Shown: in pieces, positions 26,601 to 38,349 of the stretch
Position numbering within the stretch: the stretch's first letter is position 1
Layout of the letters: the number at the start of each line of letters is the position of its first letter
Assembly: GCA_964016885.1 (NCBI GenBank)
Contig: OZ024744.1
Coordinates: 29,512,001 to 29,576,000, forward strand
Length of the DNA stretch: 64,000 nt
Source: Eledone cirrhosa
Lineage: Eukaryota
Direction: 5' to 3'
Position numbers and translations under genes: made by a program
Notes under the pieces: generated by a model
The model's input: only the letters and a program-made list of their open reading frames with translations
What the model was told of the DNA's origin: nothing
Database searches by the model: none

Positions 26601-28060
26601 GATCTATGAATATGATTAAAACTATTCTGTCTGATCATGAAGCGGTAGGAATAAAAATCCATACAGGATACCCTTTTATTTGACGTCTCGTCAGGATTGT
26701 TTAACGTCTCGTCAGGATTGTTTAACGTCTCGTCAGGATTGTTTGACGTCATGTCAGGATTGTTTGACGTCTCGTCAGGATTGTTTGACGTCCTGTCAGA
26801 ATTGTTTCACTTGCTTTGAGGAATGCCGAAATGGTATCCGTCTTCCCCATAAGCAAAAAGCAGTGGATATTGTAGGCTGTCGTATGACCGATGCGTTTCA
26901 CAAATCCTCTGCAGCGCATCGTCACGACTTTTAATGACAATGTCCCTTTTTTTATGCTGATCTCCATGGAGAACAACGGCTACTTCATTGCATGCGGGGA
27001 CGTTATAGCAGCGAGCATGTTCCCCAGATGGCCTTTTGTCAGCATCAATAACGATGTTGAAGTTGGGTACAGGTGTTGATTCCAAGGCATATTTGAAGCT
27101 CTGGACGAAGCTGTTGTTTTCATGAAGCATGCGTTGAAGACTGAGTAATATATCTTTATCAACAGATTTACTTTTCTCGACATTAGGAATAATAGAAATA
27201 CGTATGTCACCCTGTCTATTGTAGTCAGTTATAAAGTAGATTTGGAGAAACGCGTACTTTTCCGTTTCTTGAGGCTGGAGTGATCCAATAAGATGGCATA
27301 TCTGTCCCTGAACTTTAAATGTGGGCATCCACCCTTCTTCTCGGACAATGCGTGCCCCCAAAGAGGACATCTGAAAGGCACAATTGTACGTTCTGATGAG
27401 TTCAAGAAAATGAGTTCAAGGAGTTATGACAGTAAGAAGTTCTTTCAAAGGCTGCGGTGGGTCCTCTAGGGGGAGTAAATTAACCTTGCCATTGGAGCAG
27501 CACATTCGAGGTGGTTCTCCAGCCCACTTATTTGCACTACAGAACTTGCAAGTTAAACTCATATTCCCAATCTGGATGTCAGACCGCATTGAGAGGTTAA
27601 GTGTTGGATCATAATTAAAAGCTTTTAAAAGCCAATATGAATTGTTTGGACTTTTTATGCCCCGGGCAGTTTCTTTACGCCGATTGTTCTTTCTCTAGTC
27701 TAATATTGCGATCGTTGTGTGATTCTTCGGCTCTAGCAGCGGCAGTAGCCACAGCATTACAGGAATTACGAAGTGATTTTTGCTGTTCATTTTCGGTAGC
27801 TCTAGCAGCGGCAGAACCCACAACATTCCTGGAATTACGGATAGAACGGTCTAAATCACTAAGCTTAGCACACGACGAAGTATAGTAAGATGTATTGCTG
27901 GCTAGCCGCTACTACGCTGGTCGTCGGTTTTAGCAGGTCTTCTATTTGCTGCACGTAAAGCACTTTGTGACAATCGCAATTCAGTTTCCTCCTGCGACTC
28001 ATTCAACCGTCTTCTTTTCTGTTTAGCTGCAGACACCGTTTTACTACCAAGTGAGCATCT
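23650..28060 (-). pseudogene. Helitron Rep/PIF1 helicase pseudogene
   Basis: Consecutive ORF fragments from 26807-27370 down to 23674-24609 in shifting frames. Confidence 0.9.
26679..26805. repeat. 21-bp tandem repeat (~6 copies) inside the Helitron ORF
   Basis: tttgacgtctcgtcaggattg units, encoding NPDETSN/NPDETLN on the minus strand. Confidence 0.9.
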
Positions 28061-29180
28061 CTGAAAATGTTAAACAAAAACCTTATGAATTTCGAAACTA
28101 AATGGTAAACACAATTGAATGGAAGATGAAATGGCAACGAATAAAAATTAAATAAAGATGCAATATTCAAACAAAATTGGGGGTAGGTATAACTAATTAT
28201 CTACCAATTGGTAGTATTTGGAAAAAAATAATATTTTGGGGGGAAAATCACTGAACATACGTATTTGCAAGCTTAAAAGTGAAATTTTATGCTTGACAGA
28301 AAGTATTGACAGGTATATTTGTAATAACGTAAAAGAAAGAAGAACATACAGGTAAACGTGGCTTGAAACCGAATAAGCTTTTCGAATTCTAATTTTAAAT
28401 ACCATGATCGGTGTTTTTTGCTTTCATGACCTTCTACTAACCAAAAGCAATAATTGTCCCGACTTTGAATAGAATCCGTTGGAAATAAAACACTGGAAAT
28501 ATTAGACTTTATATGAAAAAAAACAAAAACATTAACACACACTCACCTAATCAGTGTATTCAGCAGAATTGCCAGAACTACAACACTATGGGTGTTGTCA
28601 TATTAATATTTAACCAATTAAAGTCGTAAAAAATAAATAATTTAAACATTCCGATTCATATGTCTATAGCATTAATCTGTTATATGAAGTGTTATTTTGC
28701 GGGTTGTTATTTGCAATAAGCCGATTTAAAATGCCCCAGAAAAGCCGTATGTCAATACGGAACGCCAATGACTCCCGCAGCAGTTAAATTATAGAGAGGG
28801 GGAATAATCTATTATATAGAGAGGGAAGAGCGACGGAGAGAGTAAAGCTAAGAAACTATAGGGAGGTGTGTAAAACAGTGTTGTTATATAGAAAGTGAAG
28901 AGCGACAGAGAGAGTAAAGCAGTTAAATTATAGAGAGGGGGAATGATCTATTATAGAGAGAGGGAAGAGCGAGAGAGAATAAAGCTAATAAACTATAGGG
29001 AGGTGTGTTAAACCTCAAAGCATGATCGATTTTTGCCCTTATTGTTGATTGATTTGAAATGATTTTGCTTCATGACCTTCTCCTGACCAAAAGCAATAAT
29101 TGTCCCGACTGTTGGAAATTGTGGACGTGCATACGTCACAAACCTTAACACACACATCCTCGGCTGTATATATAGATATA

Positions 29181-30630
29181 CTAGTAGTTTAGCCCGGCGT
29201 TGCCCGGGTTTGTTCATTTACTATGAAAAGTTACATACAGGTAAACGTAGCTTGAAAGGGAATAAGCTTATCAGTTAAGTGCATAAAGCAGTTGAACCGG
29301 TTATTAAGTTATGAACCAATTAGCATTTTGGACAATCAATGATGGGTTAATAATCTTCCAATAGCGAATTTAGTAGACGAAAGTTGCAAGATAGTGGCCC
29401 TGATGCCGCTGGATGTCAGATCTGTCCGCTATGGTAGTTTGTTTTTTATGGGGGGGGGGGGGGGTATTTGGAATCCGTTTTTTATGAGGGGTCCGTTTTT
29501 TATTGAAGGGGGTCCATTTTTTATGGGGGTGGGTCCTTTTTTATTTAGGAGAGGGGGGGTCCGTTTTTTATTTGGGGTCCGTTTTTTTATTTGGAGGGGG
29601 TCCGTTTCTTATTTGGGGGGATCCGTTTTTATTTGGGGGTCCGTTTTTGATTGGGGGGGGGGGCGTTTTTTATTGGGGAAGTACCGTTTTTTATTGGGGG
29701 GATCCGTTTATTATTTGGAGTCCGTTTTTTTATTGGGGTGGGGTGGGGGCTGCATTTTTATTTTGGGGGTGAACTGATTTTTTTTGGGGGGGAGGGTTTA
29801 TTGGGGGATCCGTTTTTATTGGGGGTATCCGTTTTTATTAGGGGCGTCCATTTTTATCGAGGGGATCCGTTTTTTATTTGTGGGGGGTACCGTTTTTATT
29901 GGGGTGGCGGTTTTTTTATGGGGGGTCCGTTTATATTGGGGGGTCCATTTTTTATTTGGGGGCGGGGGGCGTTTTTTATTGGGGGTCTGTTTTTTATTTT
30001 TGTCCGTTTTCTATTGGGGCTTCTGTTTTTTATTTTTTTTGGGGGGGTCCGTTTTTTATTTGGGGGGTAGGGTCTTAAGTGGGAGTTCCATTTTTTGTGG
30101 GGGGGGGTCGTTTTTTATTGGGCGGGGTCTGTTTTTTATTTAGGGGGAGGGAGGGAGGAAGGAGAAGGGGAAATCTGTTTTTATTGTGGGGGTTGGGGGT
30201 TATTGTTGTGGGGGTGATGGTGGGGGTCCATTTTTATTTTGGGGTGGTCATTTTTTATTGGGGGGGTATTTGGGGGGGTCGGTTTTTTATTTGGAGACCG
30301 CTTTTATTTGGGGGGAGGGTGGGGGTCATTTTTTTTATAGGGGAGTGGTGGCCGTTTTTTATTGGGAGGGGGGTTCCTTTTTTATGGGAGGTCCGTTTTT
30401 TATTGGGGGGTCCATTTTTTATTTGGGGGTTCGTTTTTTATTGGGGGCTCCGTTTTTTATTTGGAGACCGTTTTTTATTTGGGGGGAGGGGTGAGGGACC
30501 GTTTATTATAGGGGTGGGCGTTTTTTATTGGGGGGTCCGTTTTTTATTTGGAGTCCGTTTTTTATTTGGGGGGTCGTTTTCTATTGGTTACCAACCTTAA
30601 CACACACATCCTCAGCTTTATATATATAGA
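29181..30630 (-). mobile_element. Non-autonomous Helitron of the same family, filled with a G/T-rich minisatellite
   Basis: 29181-29428 matches 23174-23423. ~30592-30630 matches ~29141-29176. TC...CTAG termini. Confidence 0.9.
29445..30585. repeat. Degenerate ~18-22-bp minisatellite (GGGGGGTCCGTTTTTTATT)
   Basis: Repeated G-run/TCCG/T-run units with strong strand asymmetry. Confidence 0.9.
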
Positions 30631-30824
30631 TATATATCCCAAATGATGTTGGCATCACCTTTAAGGTACACCCAAACTTGGGCCCCGTGCTATCCACCGA
30701 CTACAAAAATCTCCCTCGCATCTCATAACAACAATAAGGCACAATTATTTCACCTCAATTGGCTCCGCTCTCTTTAACATTACACCAAAACACATTAAAA
30801 GAGAAACAGACCCCATCTAGTTCA

Positions 30825-30915
30825 AGAAGTCGCATGTGAGCCGCCGGAATGGATTTTCCAGCGCGTCTCCCTCACCATCCTCTATTCTGACCACCGGGGC
30901 TGCTGGGCGGCCAGC
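30825..30915 (+). mobile_element. Small 3' remnant of the CRE-like LINE
   Basis: tgtgagcc..ttccagcgcgtctccct..tattctg..ggggctg resembles 1534-1630. Confidence 0.55.
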
Positions 30916-31489
30916 GCGTGGGCCCTCATTTGTTCATAATAGTGAGTGATGGGGAGATCGGGAGAGATTGTGGGAGTGACACTGGGAGTTTGGTTCCTGG
31001 TGTTATGTATATATTTACCACACTTATACACATTTAAATAAACTTTCCTGAATTACTGAAATGAGTAAGTAAATTCTTCATTCATTCATAAACCAATGCT
31101 AAATTTATTTTATTTTATTTCATTTATGCTTTTTATAATAGCCTTCAAATTTGTTTGAATTTCACAGGTTCCGATTGTGCAAAAAGAAAAAAAAAAGGAT
31201 AAAGAAAATCTAATTGTATTTTTTGGTCATGCCCTTGTCACAGACAAGATACCTAATGATTCTTCCAAGTGTGAAGCATCATATATGCTGACTGTAATAG
31301 GGAGCAGTATTAAAAAAAACCACCACTGGACAAAACTAATAATATTTTTATCTACATGATTTGCTTTAAACAAACGGCAATAAATATTGTGCAATAATTC
31401 CTACTTTAGTTAAAATTCAGCAATCATATTTCAATGGTCAAATATTGGAACTTTCATAAAGTACGAAGAATCACGAGGTAGTTCAGCTA

Positions 31490-31571
<82 letters not shown>

Positions 31572-31775
31572 CGTTTCTGAATTTGTTTACCAAGATACTT
31601 TATCTGAAAACGTGTGTTGAAACCGATATTGTTATACTTTGGGAGGGTCATGTTGCCAACAAGAAACACACGCACCAGTTGCTTTCACTTCAATTTATTA
31701 TAATAAATTTATAAATTTAGGAATTTATAAATTTCCGGTTGGTTAGTTTCACAACCAGATAGTTGTTTATATATT

Positions 31776-31818
31776 GTCAAAGTTCTTTCGTCACACATTC
31801 TGTGACCTCTTCAGTGAC
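31776..31818 (-). ncRNA. Minimal hammerhead ribozyme in inverted pLTR
   Basis: Same motif as 22291-22333, loop gaatg. Confidence 0.7.
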
Positions 31819-34800
31819 TGGGGATTCTTTTCTTTGTTTTTGTGCCTCTCCTTTGTTCTGTCCTACGCCATCTTGTTTTTGTGTGTGTGTTGTGTCCTTA
31901 GTTTGCGCATATGTTACATCCGGATATCTGTGTGTGTTTATATTCGTTTATAAGATTTATAGAGAATTAAGTCATCAAGAAAAACATAAGCGTAACCTAA
32001 TACAAGAAATAACTAAGATCACCACACCAAGAGAAAAATTAATATTTATAAACCTTATATGTTCTGAAGAAAAGTACATTGTTCAAGAATGTGACAAGCA
32101 CTTTAACAAGAAACTAGAGTGGCTCAAACAGATAAAACTAAATCAAGATACTTTAGAGAATATCAATAGATATCCCGACAAAATTGACGGTATAAATATG
32201 GCCGACATCTCATTAACAGATGAATTCAACAACAACAACACAAATATATACGGCAACACTACGGTCGACTCTGATGAACTATCGATATTACAGCTACCAC
32301 CTAAGTATGCCACATTTAATAAGGTAAATATGATTAAATGCTTGTCAGAAATAGAAAAATCCTTTACAAAATTACGTTGGAGCCTCAAAAACAAAAACAA
32401 AAATAACAACATACGCACACACACACATATACAACACACATCCCAACAACAGCAGACACACAGACACAAACAACAATAACAACAACACACACATCAACAA
32501 TAATAATATACTCAGAAACAACAACAGACACACAGACACAAACAACAATAATAACTTACACGGAGACAACAACAACACACATCAACAACAGCACACATCA
32601 ACAACAACAACAACAACACACACACACACATTCAATGCCTCTCACCACCACCACAATCTTGACAAACACACAGACACAGAAAACAGGTAATGACAGTAGC
32701 AGAGAAATAAGGGAAGGTAATAGGATTGAAAGGAGAAGGGAGACTATAGACAGAGAAAATAACCAGGACGAACACACAGACACACAAAATAGAGTAGATA
32801 ATAACAATGAGCCAGAGGAAAGAGACAGGAGTAATAATGAGAGACAAAGAAACAACCATGAGGCTGTTGGTGGAAATAGAAATAGAAACAACACAACTAA
32901 CAATAACAATAGCACTAGTACACATAAAGCAGCAGCCTGGAACTCTACTTTTTATAATCCTTCCGATAAGTCCTTCGACCTGCGACGAGTCCACGCCACG
33001 ACTTTAGCTTTTAACAAACGCACGCAGTTGCCGTCGCAGTGTATACAGAAGCACAATTTAGTATAGCTAGATCTAAACTTAGAAATATTATAGAACAGCA
33101 TAGCAAGAAGCATAATAGAATGGAGGCCCAGCAACTGGGAGAAAAATCTGCAAATGGCTTGCGTAAGCTCATGCAGCGCTCGCGTAATGGAGAGATAGCA
33201 TGCTTTCCAACATACAAGTCTGGCAGAATGTCGGTTGACAGTCTGCCAAACTACATCCAGGCAATGCAACCCCACATCACTAACACAAGAGAAGTAACAC
33301 CACAAGAGCATGAGGATAGAGAAAAAGCCCTCAATGCCCATATGATAATGTGGACAAATATAATGCAGCCCAACAAAAGGACTGCCAACAACTTCCAGGC
33401 CTGGAACAATGACGTGCCAGCGTTGTATGGGCTTCGAAAAGACCATAAAACGAGCAGTGACCCTGTCACAGGACCACCAACACGGCCAGTTTGTGGAGCT
33501 AACATTGCTAGTAACTACATACTTTCCTACTTCCTCTCCCTGATCATACGCCCCATCATTGAAATGTCCCCAGATGTATGTGACAGCACGGAGGACCTCC
33601 TCAGCAGAATCGGCGAGAGTAACCGATCTAGGGACCTAACAAACTGCATAATAGGTAGTATGGATGTTGTGTCCCTGTATCCATCTATTGACGTGGATTT
33701 TGCTGGGGAGAAATGCGTAGAAATGATCAGTGAGAGCAATGTTGTATTCCGTGGGATTAATACCAGTGAGCTGGGACTCCTACTTAAACTTACCTATAGT
33801 AATAATTACCTAGATACATATGACATTAGCAACCTGTGCCCTACAAGACCAGCAAGAGGCAGACAACCTACCATTACCTCAATGGCCAAGAAAACCCACA
33901 CAGATAGATGGAACGGGTGAACCAGAGCCATACGGACCCCCGAAAACCACGATGAACTAAAGAAAATGATTGCATTGGCGGTGGGGGCCAGCATAAAATT
34001 AACCCTTAAGGAACAGATGTTCAAATTTAATGGAAAAACATATGTCCAAGAGGAGGGAGCAGCCATTGGTGTTAGCATTGCAGGCGACATAGCTAACCTA
34101 TTTATGGTATGGTGGACAGTAGACTTAAACTTAAACTTAAAGAACAATTAGAAGACCCCTCAACCCTGATAATGTACTCCCGCTACGTTGATGATATAAA
34201 CATCGTAGTAAAAACACCCCCACTAGAGAACAGTCAGGAATTAGAGAAAAACACAATGGAAAGCATCCAGCAAATAGCTAACTCCAACCAACAGAGTATT
34301 AGAGTTTCTATAGACTAACCAAGCAAAGACCCCAACCATCGATTACCTGTACTAGACACAGAGCTCTGGTTAGATACCATTAATAACAAAAACAAATCCT
34401 CCATTCCCATTATGCCAAACCCATGACTTCCAAATATCTGATCCACCGAAACTCAGCTGTTTCGGACCATACCAAAATCAACATAGTGATTGCGGATTTG
34501 GTACGAGTGATCACAAACGTGTCCCGCATGTGCAACCCCAAAGAACTAGAGAGACACATACAACACTTCATCTACCGTATGCAGTTCTCTAGCTACAATC
34601 ACAGAGATAAAATCAGAGTATATAGAGGAGCCAGAACCAAATGGGAAAAAATGGTAAATAATGACACAAATGGGACCTGCCCCTTGTATAGGAGCAAATT
34701 TTGGAATAGAATAGAAAGAACTAGGAATAAGGCTAATAGAATAAACTCATGGTATGATAGCAATAAATACCAGAGTGTAATGTTCATCGATACAACCCCT

Positions 34801-35513
34801 AGAGGTGAATTAGCTTACAAATTGAGAAGGGCCCTAGATAAACATAAACTCAATATTAAGATAGTAGAAAGACCAGGTACCTCCATAGAAAACACTTATT
34901 AGCAATACATACACTTTTCAAAGACCCCCCTGTATAGATAAGAAATGTATAATCTGTAAATTAAGCCCCCATATTAACTGTAAAACTAGAAATGTAGTAT
35001 ATAACATAAGATGTACTGAAGGACAATGTAGAGATAAAAATATAGTGTACATAGGTGAGACAGCTCGTAGTATAGGGGAACGGATAAATGAACACTGGCG
35101 AGACCTTCAAGATAGTAAAGAATCATCTGTACTCTACCAACATGCTAAAATAGAAGATAAGGGTAAATTAGAGAACATAGAAATAAAAATAGAATTTACA
35201 CTCAGAAAAGACGCAATGTTTAGACAAATCACAGAGGCAATAAACATAAATGAACACCAACCAAAATTAAATAGAAAACATGAATGGAACCCAACATCAC
35301 AACTTACAATTAAGAACAAAATGAAAACACACACACATAGAACAAACAACCAACCAGTAACATGTAAATAAACAAATAAGTAAACGAATATAAACACACA
35401 CAGACAGCCGGATGTAACACATGCGCAAACTAAGCACACAACACACACACAAAAACAAGATGGCGTAGGACAGAACAAAGGAGAGGCACAAAAAACAAAG
35501 AAAAGAATCCCAA

Positions 35514-35556
35514 GTCACTGAAGAGGTCACAGAATGTGTGACGAAAGAACTTTGAC
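35514..35556 (+). ncRNA. Minimal hammerhead ribozyme in pLTR
   Basis: gtca CTGAAGA g gtcaca-gaatg-tgtgac GAAA gaac TT tgac. Confidence 0.7.
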
Positions 35557-35704
35557 AATATATAAACAACCATCTGATTGTGCAACCAACCAACCAACCG
35601 GAAATTTATAAATTCCTAAATTTATAAATTTAATTTATAATAAATTGAAGTGAAAGCAACTGGTGCATGTGTTTCTTATTGGCAACATGACCCTCCCAAA
35701 GTAT

Positions 35705-35870
<166 letters not shown>

Positions 35871-35896
35871 GTCTATATATATATATATATATATAA

Positions 35897-37779
35897 CTAT
35901 GTGTAGGGCGTGAAAAATTCCCGAGATTCATGGACGAGTTCTCTCCAGCAGTCTCTGTCCCTCATCATCGCTGCCATGTCCTGCGTCTCCAAGAAACCAG
36001 TATCTGTCCTTAGGGCATCAACATACGTTACCTTGGTCTTCCACTTCCAGTGTGTCTATTCAGGGGCTCCCACTGAACTACTGAGTGCAATGCCAACTCT
36101 GGATGTCGGTGAGCATGTCCAGCTAACCTCAGTCTCCTCTGTGCTACTTTCGAGCTGACTTTTGGGAGACTGACATACAGCCCTGAGTTCTTCATCCTCA
36201 GTGTATACAGATTAATGTTTAGAGCCATCCTCAGCATTCTCGTGTAGCACCCATCTACCATCTGAGTGAGTTTCTTGGTCAGTGTCCAAGTCTCAGACCC
36301 GTACATCAGCACACACTCCACTACAGCAACGAAGAGACGGATCTACAGGTCTTTACGAAGGTCCGACTTCCACACCGATCTCAAACTGTGCACGCCGCCC
36401 AGTCTTTGCTCTTCCTCTCGACCACATCATCTTCCGTATTCCCAATCTTTGCTCCCAAATACAGGAAGTCCTCAACCAATTCTAGCGGCTTCCCGCCTAC
36501 ATTAGTAATCTTCTCTGGCTTCTTAATATTTCTACCAGATACTTCGTCTTAATCTCATTCATTCTCAGCCCCACACTCATCAACACAGTATCCACCTCCT
36601 GCATCAAATCATCTGCCTCTTTCACTGTGTTTGCCACCAAACCTTTGTCGTCGGCAAATTCAGCACCCGATATCATTTTCGCCTTAACTCTCCTGCTCTG
36701 AGCCAGTGTTACAGTAAAGCCAGAGTCCTGGTGTTTCTCCAGCGCAAGGCGCATACAATAGTCCACTGCATTGATAAAAAGGTAGGGAGCCAATGCATCT
36801 CCCTGGAACCCTCCAGCCAGTAACTCAAAAAACCCTGACATTCCATCAGGTATAATGACTTGGGCTTTGGTGTTGGTGTAGAGCAGTGATATCAGGTCCA
36901 CTATCTTCTTGGGGATGATTCAATAAGCCTGTAAGTACTTCATCAGGCAGTGACGGTTCACAGAATCAAAGGCCTGCCTAAAGTCGACGAAAACCACGAC
37001 TGTAGAAAGGCACTTTGCTCTAGCTCCCTCTAATATCCTCCCCAGCATCAGGATGTGACTGGTGGTTGATCTTCCCTCTCTGAAGCCGTTCTGGTTGTCC
37101 CCGAGCTTCTTCTCCATCTCGGACTGGATCCCGTTAAGAATCATCCTGTTGAGGGTCTTTGCCACAACTGACGTCAGTGAGATCCCCTGTAGCTGTTGGT
37201 GTTAGAAAGATACCCCCTGTAGTTGTTGGTTTTAGAGAGATCTCCCTTCTTTGGCACTGCGACGATGTTACTGATTCTCCATTGATTCGGGGCAACTCCT
37301 TTCTCCAGTGCCAGGTTACAGAACCCCAGGATGATATCAATATCACACCTCTTCATCACCTCTGATGCCACCCCATCTTCTCCATGAGCCTTGCCCTCCT
37401 TGATCTTCTTCTTGGCTCTCTGAAGCTCCTCTCTGGTGAAGGGTCCTGTCTCAATATCCAGTTCCTCAAACAGCCACATGATCTCCCCAGTGTTCTGGGC
37501 TGTGGAGTGCGGCTCTCCTAGTAGGGTCCTAAAATGGTCCAGATATTTCCTCTTCCTATCCTCGGACCCTGTTCTCTGGATCTGACTCGAACACCTTCTC
37601 TTCCTCCCTGTGATCTCGTTGATGATCATCCAGCTTTCCTTACATCCAGATCTGTCAACCGCTCTCTCCACACTTCTGATCTTCTCTATCAGTGCCTCCT
37701 CTCTGGCCTCAGTGTAAGCGGTACAGAGTTCTTCCCTCATCATCTACACAGTCTCCTTCCCCTCATCTGTAGGATCAGC

Positions 37780-37781
<2 letters not shown>
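35897..37781 (-). mobile_element. 5'-truncated RTE-group LINE (RT pseudogene)
   Basis: VPKKGDLSKTNNYRG, NQNGFREGRST, FVDFRQAFDSV, QGDALAPYLF, FADD, LMYGSETWTL. Confidence 0.88.
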
Positions 37782-37831
<50 letters not shown>

Positions 37832-37950
37832 GTGTGTGTGTGTGTATGTGTGTGTGCGTATGTGTGTGTGTGTGTGTGCGTGTGCATGTATATGCGTATA
37901 TATATGTGTACTTATGTATATGTATGCCTATATATATGTGTATGTTTGTT

Positions 37951-38144
37951 GTCAGGTCACTCTTGAGTGCTACTGGTAACACGTAACCCAGTACAACCTG
38001 TCGCATGGTTGGGTCGTCGGCGACTAAACCGACAACCCCACCAAGTTTACTTGGTGAGAAGGGTGATTTTGGACACCCTGAAGAACAGAAAACAAAAGCT
38101 GACAAAGGGCGGAAGAACTCATAAGAGTCAACGGCCATCCGAAA
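37951..38144 (+). mobile_element. Structured interspersed repeat head (RTE-5'UTR-like/SINE-like), copy 1
   Basis: Homologous to 48356-48550; several hairpins. Confidence 0.65.
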
Positions 38145-38349
38145 GTGTGTAAATATGTATATACACATGTACATATGCATGTGTATGCATATACGTGTGT
38201 ATATGTCTGGGGTGTCAGGGAGGGGCATGTACCTATGTAGGGGTGGGTAGGGGCTAGCCAAGCCCTTTTCAGGATAGCTTGTCCTGCATTGGGTCCCACC
38301 TGACACTTAGCTCTCACCCGTGGCCCCAAGAATCTGTAGCATGCGACAG

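Larger units (their letters stand above)
23174..29176 (-). mobile_element. Near-full-length Helitron (~6.0 kb) with frameshifted RepHel
   Basis: 5' TCTATATATACAG at 29176; 3' hairpin + CTAG|T at 23174. Rep motifs GRPDLFITFTCNPRW, VEWQ/KRGLPHAHIL, KYTCKYVNKG. PIF1 motifs FLDAPGGTGK, WDECTM, GDFRQTLP, RAILAPKN. Confidence 0.93.

Noticed and set aside
29394-30600. Gly/Phe-rich ORFs
   Set aside because: Artefact of the G/T minisatellite; open in several frames
31169-31359. Possible host exon after ttcacag acceptor
   Set aside because: No recognisable homology or partner exons; cannot be supported without RNA data
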